Source: a virus
Direction: 5' to 3' (one strand)
DNA: 64,000 nucleotides
Virus record (IMG/VR): IMGVR_UViG_3300038393_000909
Location: 34,229-98,228 of that record
Part shown: positions 9,350 to 18,510 of the stretch, one piece after another
Numbering within the stretch: the first letter of the stretch is position 1
Layout: the number at the start of each line of letters is the position of its first letter
Made by a program: the position numbers and the translations under genes
The notes under the pieces: model-generated
Told to the model about the DNA's origin: nothing
Database searches by the model: none
Seen by the model: only the letters and a program-made list of their open reading frames with translations

Positions 9350-9766
9350 ATGGACACCCTCAAGCGCCGAGTTCGTGACGCGGCATGGTGGCTCCGGTAC
9401 CGGGTTCAGCCAGAGCATCGCTACCACGTCGTCGACACCGGTCTGAAGCCGGGGTTCCACGACATCGTCGACGTCATGCTTCACGCCAACATGGCGCTGC
9501 TCGACCGGTACATCGGCGAGTGCGGCGGCGCGATGGATGTCCAGGACAAGATCGAGTCTCTGCGCAAGGAGGCCGACTACCTGGAGAGTGAAGGCTTCGA
9601 CGATCAGGCGCTACTGATCTACCGTCAGGCTGACTGCATGGAGGACGCGCTCGCGATTCACCTGTGGTGGAACCTGCAGCGTCCTATCGATGGACGTGCT
9701 GATCATAAGACTGACCAGAACATGCTGCACCGTCTGATCGATCTGCGCCTCACGCTCTGGACCTGA
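9350..9766 (+). CDS. hypothetical protein
   Basis: ORF ending LIDLRLTLWT, a C-terminus typical of a phage family. Confidence 0.6.
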   Translation: MDTLKRRVRDAAWWLRYRVQPEHRYHVVDTGLKPGFHDIVDVMLHANMALLDRYIGECGGAMDVQDKIESLRKEADYLESEGFDDQALLIYRQADCMEDALAIHLWWNLQRPIDGRADHKTDQNMLHRLIDLRLTLWT

Positions 9767-9767
9767 T

Positions 9768-10043
9768 GTGAGTGAGGTCCACGACCTGGAGGCATTCTTC
9801 CGCGCCAAGCTCGCCGAGCTGACCGAGAAGGTATCGCCCGACGGGATGGCTGGGATGATCGCGAAGCTGCAAGCCGAGTACGTCAGGCAGTTTCATATGC
9901 GATGGGGGATCGCCATGGTACAACAGGGCGACGAGATCGTGCCAGCCAGTTATGCGGATGCTGAGAAGCTCGAGGCACTGCACGACACCGACGAGCGCGA
10001 CTGGATGTTCGATCCGCGCACGCTCGGACGGTTCGTCAAGTGA
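9768..10043 (+). CDS. hypothetical protein
   Basis: Adjacent ORF, converges with the late operon. Confidence 0.5.
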   Translation: MSEVHDLEAFFRAKLAELTEKVSPDGMAGMIAKLQAEYVRQFHMRWGIAMVQQGDEIVPASYADAEKLEALHDTDERDWMFDPRTLGRFVK

Positions 10044-10386
10044 CTGGATTGCTCCACGCGCTGGTGACGACAGGGACGGTCCCGTCGTTCTGAATCGTGA
10101 ACCGCCCATCCGACAGGGTGGCGCGCACGCTATAGGTGTAGCCACCATGTGTCGCGTTCGCAGCGACCTGCTGCTGCGGCGTGACCTGGAAGACATAGCG
10201 GTCACCCGTGAGCGTACCGTCCTCCGGTGTCGACAGGTCGAGGACGACCTGCCCGCCCTTCAACAGTCTAAGCGAAACCAACTGAACCGTGACGCCGGAC
10301 ACCGAGATGGGCACGCCATTCTCGTCGTTGACGACGCCACGGATTTCCCAAGTCTCTCCGATCCTCAGCCGTTCGTTCATCTTCAA
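10036..10386 (-). CDS. putative virion accessory protein (BppU N-terminal-like beta sandwich)
   Basis: GETW.I...V.D..G.P.....YTYSV pattern; coupled to upstream repeat protein. Confidence 0.5.
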   Translation of the reverse strand: MKMNERLRIGETWEIRGVVNDENGVPISVSGVTVQLVSLRLLKGGQVVLDLSTPEDGTLTGDRYVFQVTPQQQVAANATHGGYTYSVRATLSDGRFTIQNDGTVPVVTSAWSNPVT

Positions 10387-12641
10387 GCCTGTCTTCGTGA
10401 TGGTGTAGGTCTCAGGCTGAGTACGTTCAGCTTACCGTCGAGGTCTGAGATGTTCATCGTGCCGCTCAGATCTGTGACGTGTAAGCGGCCGTCGAGTTTG
10501 GCCACCTTCAAGCGGCCGATCAGCTCAAGCATGGACATGCGCCCGTCGAGTTCGACCGCCGTCGCCGAGCCCGTCGCGGCATCCGGGAGGCGCCGGGTCG
10601 ACGTGATCTGGGAGATGGCCGCGGACAGAACCTGGGCTGCCGAAGCCGTGTCTCCCGTGGAAGCGCTGCCCTCGGTGATCAGTGTCAGGACTTGGTGAGC
10701 ATCCACATTGGCTGGCAGGAACTCACCCAGCGTGGCTGCAGTGTCCTGAGAGATCGCATCGAGGATCTGCGCGGCCGTGACGCTGATTCTTGCCCGGTCG
10801 ACACCAGACGTGCCGCACGGTGACAGAACCGCGGTGACTGCCGCCGAGGCTGTGATCTTGATGCCACCGACTTGGACCGTCGACAGAGCGCCCTGCGTCG
10901 CGGCTGCGCTGGACGAGACGCTCGCCGAGCCGGCGGTCGTCGCCCTGCCCATGACCTGAGACGCGTAGGTGGACGAGACCGCGGCTCCTGAGGCTGTGCC
11001 ATCGGCAGCCTGTTGCGCCTCGAAAGCGGTAACACCGGCCACCGCCTTCAGAGTGCCGCCAGAGATGGCCTGCGCGGTGGTCTGGGCGGCTGAGACGGCG
11101 CTCGTCGGTACATCGCCAAGGCTGACGCTACCGGCCGTCACAGGCCCGCTGAGAGCCTGGGAGGTGGTGATCCTGTCCGGCGTCTTGGCCGAGGCCGCCT
11201 GCGTTGGTGCGCTGGTCGCCTGAGCGGCGTTCGCCCCTACCCCGCCAGCCAGGGATGCGGACTGACTGCCCGGGAGCGGCTGGTTCGCGCTCGCGCTGGA
11301 AGCGACACTGGCCGTAGCTGCTGACCCGGCGGCGCTTGTCTGCTGGGACGCGCTGACGTTGCGATCGAGGACGGCGTTCCCGATGGCACCGGAAGTATGA
11401 ACCTCGGGCATCGCCTGGGCTGCGCTGGTCTCGCTTGCGACGACCGAGAGGGTCGCAGCGTTCGCGATAGCGCCCGTCGTTCCAGCAGCCACACCCATGC
11501 CGACGACCGTTGCGGTACCGGCAGTGGCCGGAGCACTGAGGATCTGACCGGCGCTCGCCGTGGCCTGACCACCAACCGCTGCGATCTGTCCGGGGCTCGA
11601 CAGGGTCTGGCTGGACGTCTCGGTTTGGACAGCCGATGCCGTCGCGCTCTGACCGGGTGCGTTCGTGACCTGAGACGCGGATAGCTGCTCACTGGCGCTG
11701 GCGGTCGCGGTCTGCGCTGGACTCGACCCGATCTGTGTCGCGTCACCCTGCGCCACCACGGAGCCAGAAGCCGCGGACGATGCCGCGCTCGTTGTCTGCG
11801 ATGCGCTCAGACCGGCCTGCGGGATCCCGGCGTTCTCCGCGGACGCAGTTTGCGTGACCGCGTTGGTCGACTGGGCCGCGTTGCCGGTGACCGAACCTGC
11901 AGCCGTTGCAGACTGAGAGGCCGCGCTCGCGCCCTGGTTCGCAGTCGCCGCCGGCCTGCAGGAAGCCGTCGCGCTGGTAATCGGGCTCCGGAGGATCTGA
12001 GTGGCCGACGTCTTCACGCCAACCGAGGTGGACGCGGCCTGGATCACCGCGCTCATCGTCTGCGCAGCGGATTCGTTGGCCGGCTGCCCAGATGATCCGC
12101 TGGCCGCCGGGTCGAACGAGATCATCTGCAGCCACGTACCGCCATCGGTCGTTACCGTAGCGGTCGGGCCGTTAGAGAATATGCCGTACCCTTCCGTGTA
12201 CCACTGACTCTCTTTTACGAAATTCGTGATACCGGATGTAAAGTTGACCGGCGAGTCGGCGTCCGACGAGGCAAAGACGATCCCGCCATCCGCGACAGCA
12301 ATCGATCCCGATGTAACGTTGTCGGGACCATTACGAAAATAGACTGCGCGGTGACTTGTCTTGATGCCAGTGGCAACCCAGACGCCGTCGACTTCGATGC
12401 TGGAATCGCCTGTGATCGCTCCCGACGTTCCAGTTGGAATGTTCGCGTAGGCGATGAAGTAGCCGTTGTTGGCTGGATCCATCAGGACAGTCGGAACGAC
12501 GCCAGCGATCTTGAGATTCTTCTCGTTCGCGCTGCAGATGCCTAGCACGACGACCATGCGGTCCGCAGATGGAGTACCCATCTGGAACGTGCCGTCGCCG
12601 TTCCAAGCGCTGTAGACGAGCGTGGCCGTCGGAAGAGGCAT
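10383..12641 (-). CDS. Ser/Thr/Ala/Gln-rich repeat protein, putative fibre
   Basis: About 23 copies of a ~21-aa repeat (SAxQxxSAxxQxAxA) and C-terminal 9-aa LxG repeats. Confidence 0.75.
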   Translation of the reverse strand: MPLPTATLVYSAWNGDGTFQMGTPSADRMVVVLGICSANEKNLKIAGVVPTVLMDPANNGYFIAYANIPTGTSGAITGDSSIEVDGVWVATGIKTSHRAVYFRNGPDNVTSGSIAVADGGIVFASSDADSPVNFTSGITNFVKESQWYTEGYGIFSNGPTATVTTDGGTWLQMISFDPAASGSSGQPANESAAQTMSAVIQAASTSVGVKTSATQILRSPITSATASCRPAATANQGASAASQSATAAGSVTGNAAQSTNAVTQTASAENAGIPQAGLSASQTTSAASSAASGSVVAQGDATQIGSSPAQTATASASEQLSASQVTNAPGQSATASAVQTETSSQTLSSPGQIAAVGGQATASAGQILSAPATAGTATVVGMGVAAGTTGAIANAATLSVVASETSAAQAMPEVHTSGAIGNAVLDRNVSASQQTSAAGSAATASVASSASANQPLPGSQSASLAGGVGANAAQATSAPTQAASAKTPDRITTSQALSGPVTAGSVSLGDVPTSAVSAAQTTAQAISGGTLKAVAGVTAFEAQQAADGTASGAAVSSTYASQVMGRATTAGSASVSSSAAATQGALSTVQVGGIKITASAAVTAVLSPCGTSGVDRARISVTAAQILDAISQDTAATLGEFLPANVDAHQVLTLITEGSASTGDTASAAQVLSAAISQITSTRRLPDAATGSATAVELDGRMSMLELIGRLKVAKLDGRLHVTDLSGTMNISDLDGKLNVLSLRPTPSRRQA

Positions 12642-12652
12642 CGCCGATCCTT

Positions 12653-12680
12653 AAGAGAAGGCCCCGGCGGCACCGGGGTT
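12653..12680 (-). terminator. possible intrinsic terminator/hairpin
   Basis: CCCCGG-5nt-CCGGGG followed by pyrimidines. Confidence 0.35.
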
Positions 12681-12708
12681 ATTGTTCGAAGGGCCGGGCG
12701 CCGCGATC

Positions 12709-13113
12709 TTACGGCTCAGTCTTTGTGAACGAGTTCAGGTTGACCGTCTGGTTCTGGGCGATGTTCGGGTTGTCGATGGTCATGTCGGGCGAGCCGGTGT
12801 TGCCGACCGTTCCCTGCTCGTGACAGGTCGTGCCGGACGAGTCGTAGACCCGGTAGAAGGTCGCAGTCGTGCCGGTACCGGCCGCAGCCGTACCCGTGCC
12901 GGACTTGGCGCCGCCGAGCATGTCCTTGGTGCCGTTCGAGGCAGCGGCCGGGGCGATGGTCACCTCGACGAGGAGGTTATTGCCCGACAGGGCGGTCGCG
13001 GCGTTGGTCGGCATCGTGCCGGAGTAGAGACGGAGCTTGGGCGAGGCACCCCAGGTCGTGGAGATGGCGTCGAGACGTGCGTTCTTGACGGCGGTCGTGG
13101 TCGTAACAGACAT
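12709..13113 (-). CDS. conserved phage virion-associated protein
   Basis: NARLDAI...LRLYSGT.P...GTATFYR pattern recalled from phage structural modules. Confidence 0.65.
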   Translation of the reverse strand: MSVTTTTAVKNARLDAISTTWGASPKLRLYSGTMPTNAATALSGNNLLVEVTIAPAAASNGTKDMLGGAKSGTGTAAAGTGTTATFYRVYDSSGTTCHEQGTVGNTGSPDMTIDNPNIAQNQTVNLNSFTKTEP

Positions 13114-13187
13114 GGTTCTCTCTGTTGATCAACGAGACGAACACCAGCCATTCCAGCCAGTGTTGGTGAAGGGGTCTGTGTCCCGCG

Positions 13188-13403
13188 TCAGATGTCGCGG
13201 CCAGCGTGCTCCATATCCACGCACTTGAACCGGTGGTCAGGCGAGATGAAGCGGAAGGGATTCTTGCGCACGTAGTCGGCCATGAGTTGCTGAGCACCGA
13301 TGGCGCAGCCGACAGGTAACCGAGCGGCATCGTCCATGCTGATGTTCTGCTTGGAACAGTCGGCAGGCGACAGCAGCAGGCACGAGACGAACACGAGGAT
13401 CAT
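13188..13403 (-). CDS. small Cys-containing hypothetical protein
   Basis: Hydrophobic N-terminus, 4 Cys; SD GGAG. Confidence 0.55.
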   Translation of the reverse strand: MILVFVSCLLLSPADCSKQNISMDDAARLPVGCAIGAQQLMADYVRKNPFRFISPDHRFKCVDMEHAGRDI

Positions 13404-13412
13404 GGCGGGCTC

Positions 13413-13432
13413 CGTTCGAATTAATGCAAACG
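13413..13432. promoter_or_regulatory. 20-bp palindromic site
   Basis: CGTTCGAATTAATGCAAACG. Confidence 0.75.
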
Positions 13433-13433
13433 A

Positions 13434-14504
13434 CTAGGCGAAACGACGGGCGAGTTCGAGCATCGAGATGAACTTGGTGCCGAGGACACGGCCGCCGTGG
13501 ACATCGATCTCGTAGACGCCGTAGCTCCAGCCAGTGGTTGCGAGCCGGGCATACTGCGCGACGTACCCGTGCGGCATGGCGGAGCCGAGGTTCAACACCG
13601 TGACGTTGAAGTTATGGATGCCGATCTTCGGGACAGTGATCTCGTTGCGTCGGTGCGTGTGGCCGAATATGATGGAACAGGCCGCATCGTTGGCGATTGT
13701 CCGCTCAACGTTCTTGCCGCCCATGGGCAGGTTCATCACGTTCAGCGGCACATGAACGAAAGAGCACCCCTCGATATGCGCGTACTCGCCGTAGTCGTAG
13801 GTCTGCCAGCCATGGTTGTGAAACAGCCCGGTGACGCGGGACCACAGAGCATTCTCCATCTCAGGCGTCGCGTTCTCGAACTTCAGGACCCTGGCCTCGT
13901 GGTTGCCGAAGGTGATGTGATGCGGCGGCATCTCGGCGAGTGGCACCTCCTGGGCGATGAGGTCCAGAGACTCCTCGACCGCCTCAAGGTCATCGAGGAA
14001 TGACGGCTTCTGCCGACCCTTGAGGGTATCGTTCTTGTCGTGAGTCGAGCACGAATCCCACGATCCCCAGTCGCCGATCTGCACGACGTGGTCGTAGGCC
14101 CCCTCCCCGATCAGACGTCCGATCCAGGTGAAGCGGGACAGGTCGGAGTTCGGCTGGACGTGGGTGTCGCCGATGGCCAGGATCCGCTTGGGGCGATCGA
14201 CGCCAGCCTTGATGCGGACGCGCGGCTTCTCATCCAGCACCACCCGTGGCTGGCTCTTCTGGGCCGGGTTGTACAGGTCCCAGTCCGGCACGTAGCTCTC
14301 GAGGAGGTTGTCGTTAAACCACAACTCCTTGCGCACCCATTTGGCGTAGGTGGATGTGGCCACACCGTCACGACGGCAGGCTTCTTCGAGCGCGGACCCT
14401 TGCCCACCCGCAACTCCAGGCGGTGCGAATCCTGCACGCAGCAGACCTTCGACGAGGGTCTTCCTGCGCCCGCGCTCATCGCGCGAGAGCGTACCTGCCG
14501 CCAT
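13434..14504 (-). CDS. calcineurin-like metallophosphoesterase
   Basis: GDTH, QIGD, GNHE, GHTH. Confidence 0.88.
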   Translation of the reverse strand: MAAGTLSRDERGRRKTLVEGLLRAGFAPPGVAGGQGSALEEACRRDGVATSTYAKWVRKELWFNDNLLESYVPDWDLYNPAQKSQPRVVLDEKPRVRIKAGVDRPKRILAIGDTHVQPNSDLSRFTWIGRLIGEGAYDHVVQIGDWGSWDSCSTHDKNDTLKGRQKPSFLDDLEAVEESLDLIAQEVPLAEMPPHHITFGNHEARVLKFENATPEMENALWSRVTGLFHNHGWQTYDYGEYAHIEGCSFVHVPLNVMNLPMGGKNVERTIANDAACSIIFGHTHRRNEITVPKIGIHNFNVTVLNLGSAMPHGYVAQYARLATTGWSYGVYEIDVHGGRVLGTKFISMLELARRFA

Positions 14505-14507
14505 ATC

Positions 14508-15011
14508 TCAGCCTCTACTCTTCTTTGTCGGGACCAGGACGTGGTCCTCACCGGACGGGGCGACGGCATCGGCTGGGCACATCGGCACCAGCTGCTCCAT
14601 CTCTCCACCGCCCAGGATCTTCCAATCGTGCGTCATGCCACCCTTGGCCTCGAGCCAACCGGCGACCTTGGGCGGGAGGTTGACCATGATGGCGCTCGTC
14701 CAGCCACCGTCATCCTCGTAACCCTCGGTCCCCTTCCGGCCGCTGTAGGCCCGGTGGAACGCGAAGAAGGCCCGAGGTGTCGCGCACATCAGGCCTTTCT
14801 TGGCGAGCATCAGGGTCAGCGTGCAGGCCGAGTAGCATGGCCCGTCGACCACGATCTTCTCGCCGCGCATCTCGTGCGATTGGATCTCCACCCAGAACTC
14901 TTCGACGACGCCGCCGCTGTTGTAGGTGATGACCGTCGTTGCCTCGGCCGTGCTGGAGACCAGCGCGGTGGCTAGGGCGAGAGCGTGGAGAGCAGACCGG
15001 GTCGGGCTCAT
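14508..15011 (-). CDS. secreted protein, ClpP/crotonase-like
   Basis: Signal peptide; SGG, GPCYSACTL, FAFH. Confidence 0.55.
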   Translation of the reverse strand: MSPTRSALHALALATALVSSTAEATTVITYNSGGVVEEFWVEIQSHEMRGEKIVVDGPCYSACTLTLMLAKKGLMCATPRAFFAFHRAYSGRKGTEGYEDDGGWTSAIMVNLPPKVAGWLEAKGGMTHDWKILGGGEMEQLVPMCPADAVAPSGEDHVLVPTKKSRG

Positions 15012-15030
15012 GGCAGCCTCTATAGCATGG

Positions 15031-15050
15031 CGTTCGAATTAATGCAAATG
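15031..15050. promoter_or_regulatory. 20-bp palindromic site
   Basis: CGTTCGAATTAATGCAAATG; TTGACA at 15064-15059 on minus strand. Confidence 0.75.
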
Positions 15051-15060
15051 GATAGGCGTG

Positions 15061-15564
15061 TCAACGGTGCGCCGGCAGGATGCGGAAAGGGACGTCCGGG
15101 GCGACTACGACCTTCGGGGTGTACTGCTGGAAGATGTTCGGCACGGTGATGGGACCGACATGCAGCGGGCACTCGTAGGACAGGATAACCCGGTAGGCAG
15201 CCTTGCCGGGTTCCATCTCTCGGGTAATCGGAACCTTCACGTCGATCTCTTCCGGCTGACCGGGGAACGTGATCGGACCCGTCGCTTCCTTGTAGTCGCG
15301 CGATACTTCATGCCACGCCCCAAGGCCGTCGATGATGACGCGCAGGCGGGTCAGGGCGCAGACGCGCAGACGGTCGAAGGTGTAATGGATCCGTAGGTCC
15401 TTATCCTGCCGGACGACCGGTGTCTCGGTGAATGAGGCGTGATACCGAACCGGGTCGCCGTAATCGAGACCGCAGAGCAGCATGTACCCGAAGATGAGGA
15501 TCACCGTTACGGGATAGATCAGCCAGAAGGCTCTAGAGAGTCGACACGCTTGTTCGGATGGCAT
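15061..15564 (-). CDS. N-terminally anchored membrane protein in lysis cluster
   Basis: One TM segment then soluble domain. Confidence 0.6.
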   Translation of the reverse strand: MPSEQACRLSRAFWLIYPVTVILIFGYMLLCGLDYGDPVRYHASFTETPVVRQDKDLRIHYTFDRLRVCALTRLRVIIDGLGAWHEVSRDYKEATGPITFPGQPEEIDVKVPITREMEPGKAAYRVILSYECPLHVGPITVPNIFQQYTPKVVVAPDVPFRILPAHR

Positions 15565-15573
15565 GGTGCAGTC

Positions 15574-15918
15574 CTAGGCGTTTGATCCAGGCCTCATGAG
15601 GCCCACGATCTTCATCGGGATCTGGCGGACTTCGTGCTCGACCGAGGCCATGCGCTGGGTGATCCGCGCCTCCAATTCCCGCATGTCGTCCTTCTTGACG
15701 TAGCGGTCGGCGATCGTGAGCTGGAACGAACCATGGTCGCGGTCGCCCTCGTCCTGCTTCTCCTCAACGGATCTGAGCCGCTCGACGAGGCTGTCGACGC
15801 GAGCCTTGAGCGAGTAGAAGCTGCCGATGTGGCCAATCACGACAACGATGCCGACAACAATCGACGTTATATTAACCTGCCAGTCGATACTGACCGGTGG
15901 AATACCTGAGGTGGCCAC
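15574..15918 (-). CDS. TM plus coiled-coil protein (holin/antiholin-like)
   Basis: One TM segment, then coiled coil with YVKKDDM. Confidence 0.55.
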   Translation of the reverse strand: MATSGIPPVSIDWQVNITSIVVGIVVVIGHIGSFYSLKARVDSLVERLRSVEEKQDEGDRDHGSFQLTIADRYVKKDDMRELEARITQRMASVEHEVRQIPMKIVGLMRPGSNA

Positions 15919-15933
15919 GGCATATCTTTCTGA

Positions 15934-16347
15934 TTATCTAAAAACGCGTTTGATCACGCTCGAGACGCCGCTGACGCCGATTACCGAGCCGATGATCGTC
16001 CACTGTAGTTGGTCATAGGGCGGCGGAAGTTTGGCGATGCCCCAGCCGAACCGGAACACCGAGTCGAGAACGATCATCGCGAAGTGAAAGAGCGCGAACC
16101 CGAAGGCGGTCGGGATCATCCAGGCTGTCCAGAGCGACTCCTCGATCTTCGCACGCTCGGCGGCGATAACCTTGCGCTCCTCGACGTAAGCCGTGAGCTG
16201 GGCCTGGGTGATGCTCACATCCCCGGTAACGTTCTGGCCGTTGACCGTCACGGCGTCGGAGGACTTCTGTTTGAAATACTCCAAGACGGGGGTGACGATT
16301 CCGGATCCGAGGAGCTTGATCAGGAAGGAGCCGATCAGAGCGAGCAT
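15934..16347 (-). CDS. putative holin (3 TM)
   Basis: Three hydrophobic segments, LPPPYD motif, basic C-terminus; near endolysin. Confidence 0.6.
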   Translation of the reverse strand: MLALIGSFLIKLLGSGIVTPVLEYFKQKSSDAVTVNGQNVTGDVSITQAQLTAYVEERKVIAAERAKIEESLWTAWMIPTAFGFALFHFAMIVLDSVFRFGWGIAKLPPPYDQLQWTIIGSVIGVSGVSSVIKRVFR

Positions 16348-16601
16348 CAGTTCCTCTCCTGGCTGGTTTCCTCAGGCGGCGGTGGCAGACGACGAATGGT
16401 GATGCCGACGAAGATCCGAGCCAGCGCCAGCCACGCGGAGAATTTGGCACCCGGCATCCAGTCCGGGAGAATCGCGTTGACGTCGACACCAGCCAGGGCA
16501 TCGAGCATGTCGGGCAGCGCCAGGAGGACGGCGACCACGTAGATCCGCCAGCCCTTAGCATAGGCGTACCATGCCCTGAGATGATCGTGGAACCGGTTCA
16601 T
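16347..16601 (-). CDS. small membrane protein, holin-like
   Basis: KGWR plus two TM segments; ATGA overlap with endolysin stop. Confidence 0.55.
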   Translation of the reverse strand: MNRFHDHLRAWYAYAKGWRIYVVAVLLALPDMLDALAGVDVNAILPDWMPGAKFSAWLALARIFVGITIRRLPPPPEETSQERN

Positions 16602-17191
16602 CGCGCGAACCTCTGCTTGATGAGCGCCCAAATTCCCGGAGACGGCGCGGGAGCAGGAGCGGGAGCGGCTGCGGGCGGGACCGGGATCACACCACCCTTG
16701 GGCAGGGCGATGGGCTTGGCATCGCTGTCACGGCCCTTGGGCAGGCTGACGCTATAGGGCGTAAGGAACTGCAGGCGCTCGGCCCGGCGCCGGGTCAGGA
16801 TCGACGCGGGCTTGTTCCACTGGAGGATCGCTTCAGCGCACCCAGCCTTGTCGCCAGCCATGAACTTACGCAGGAAGGTGGAGTGTGCGAAGTTGACGGG
16901 CCCGATGTTATAGCAGATCGACACGAAGGCATCGAACTCGTTCTGGGTGATCGTGTTGATCTTCGGACCGAGCGCGTCAACGACGGGCTTGACGTACTTG
17001 AGTACGGCCTTGGCAAACAGTTCGTCCGACTGAGCGGCGGTGATCTTCAGACCGGGCGTTACCTTAATCAGGCCGGATGCCGTGGTGACCCCCACTGAGA
17101 TCGTCCAGACTCCGACAGAATCTTTATACGCGGTCAGCACATTGCCCTCACGCGACTCGAGTGCCGCGCGACCGATCGCTGAGAGTTCCAT
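16598..17191 (-). CDS. endolysin, GH24 lysozyme
   Basis: SREG...AYKDSVGVWTI (E-x8-D-x5-T), QNEFDAFVS..YNIG, RRRAER. Confidence 0.92.
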   Translation of the reverse strand: MELSAIGRAALESREGNVLTAYKDSVGVWTISVGVTTASGLIKVTPGLKITAAQSDELFAKAVLKYVKPVVDALGPKINTITQNEFDAFVSICYNIGPVNFAHSTFLRKFMAGDKAGCAEAILQWNKPASILTRRRAERLQFLTPYSVSLPKGRDSDAKPIALPKGGVIPVPPAAAPAPAPAPSPGIWALIKQRFAR

Positions 17192-17199
17192 GGTTGCCT

Positions 17200-17219
17200 C
17201 GTGTGAATTAATTCGAACC
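17200..17219. promoter_or_regulatory. 20-bp palindromic site
   Basis: CGTGTGAATTAATTCGAACC before endolysin. Confidence 0.65.
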
Positions 17220-17224
17220 TGTCA

Positions 17225-18271
17225 TCACGAAGCAGAGAGCGTCGTTGCCTCGATGCTTGTGACGATACCGGTTGTCTTCCTGTAGCTGTGCGTCACGGTC
17301 TGGATGATGTACGCCCCATCGATGGCGTAGCGCATGCCGGAGATGTTCATGTTCTGATGAACACGGATCGTCGGGTCACCCTTGGCAAGCGTGAGTGTGA
17401 TCTGCGCCCTGAGCTGCTCAAGGAAGTTGATCCGCGCCTCAGCCGCCGCCTTCGCCTGCTCCTGTGTCTGGAACGTACCAGGGAGTGTGAAGAACTTGTC
17501 CGGGTTCGAGAACTCGTTGCCGATCAACGGAAAGTTTGACAGGCTCGAGCCACTCGCCTGCGCCTGCTCGTACTTGCGCGTGACGTTGTCCTTGTCATAC
17601 CACGCGGCCTGTGCGCCAGAGTAGGCGGCGCGCGACTGGATCCAGACATCCCACTCGCCGAAATCTTCCGGCGTGAGGTTGACGCTACCCGACTCGGAGC
17701 CGGACGTGGTCGACGCCGACCCGCGCTTCACGACGCTGACCCGGCCATTCTGGTAGACCGCAGATGCCCCGTAGGTGCGCGCCAGTTGATCGATGATGTG
17801 AAAGCCGGACTGGTTGTTCTGATTGAATGCCGGGACCTTGATCGAGCCGATGCTCGGATCGACATCTGCTGTGATACCGCTCTGTCCAGCGATCTGCTTG
17901 ATGATGTCCCCGACCGTCTGGTCGAGGTAGTTGGTGATCTTCGGAACCTTGAGCGCGCTCGACTGAGAAACGCTGGTACCGACAACCTTGATCGAGCGCG
18001 GTGGGCCGATCAGGTGAACTTCGTTGATCGTGAACTCACCGAAGTCCGAGAGCCCCGTCTCCTTGTAGCCCAAGAGGAACGAGACCTTGTCCTCGATCTG
18101 AGGCAGAGCAAGCGCCCAGTCGCGGTCGTCGAAGATGAATTCGATACGACCCATCTCGCTCGCCTCCGTCTGCTGAACCTGAACCTGGACGAGCCTGTCC
18201 TGGAACTTCGACGTGACATCGACCCCGTCCTTCACAACCTGAAAGATCGGTGTGTAGCCGGTGGTCAGCAT
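17225..18271 (-). CDS. tail hub protein, P2 gpD-like
   Basis: DVT....RL, LGYKET, Q..QS...LA..YGA; position after gpX/gpU. Confidence 0.8.
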   Translation of the reverse strand: MLTTGYTPIFQVVKDGVDVTSKFQDRLVQVQVQQTEASEMGRIEFIFDDRDWALALPQIEDKVSFLLGYKETGLSDFGEFTINEVHLIGPPRSIKVVGTSVSQSSALKVPKITNYLDQTVGDIIKQIAGQSGITADVDPSIGSIKVPAFNQNNQSGFHIIDQLARTYGASAVYQNGRVSVVKRGSASTTSGSESGSVNLTPEDFGEWDVWIQSRAAYSGAQAAWYDKDNVTRKYEQAQASGSSLSNFPLIGNEFSNPDKFFTLPGTFQTQEQAKAAAEARINFLEQLRAQITLTLAKGDPTIRVHQNMNISGMRYAIDGAYIIQTVTHSYRKTTGIVTSIEATTLSAS

Positions 18272-18274
18272 GGA

Positions 18275-18502
18275 TTATCCCCAGAGGTTGATCTGCGGAA
18301 GGATCCGCGGCTGGCTGGATGTGACGGGAATGTCGGGAATCGTAATCGTCAGGCCGGGATCAAGGAGGATGCCTTGCTTCTCCAGGCCTGGATTGGCCTC
18401 GAGGATCTTCTCGACCTGACGGTTTTCGAGGGTGCCATAATAGTCCCAGGCGATCCGGGACAGTCGGTCCCACAGCTTGGTGATGTAGGTCGTGGTGGCC
18501 AT
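18275..18502 (-). CDS. tail protein X (LysM-like)
   Basis: DRLSRIAWDYYG...ILEANPGL...INLW. Confidence 0.85.
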   Translation of the reverse strand: MATTTYITKLWDRLSRIAWDYYGTLENRQVEKILEANPGLEKQGILLDPGLTITIPDIPVTSSQPRILPQINLWG

Positions 18503-18510
18503 GTGAATCC

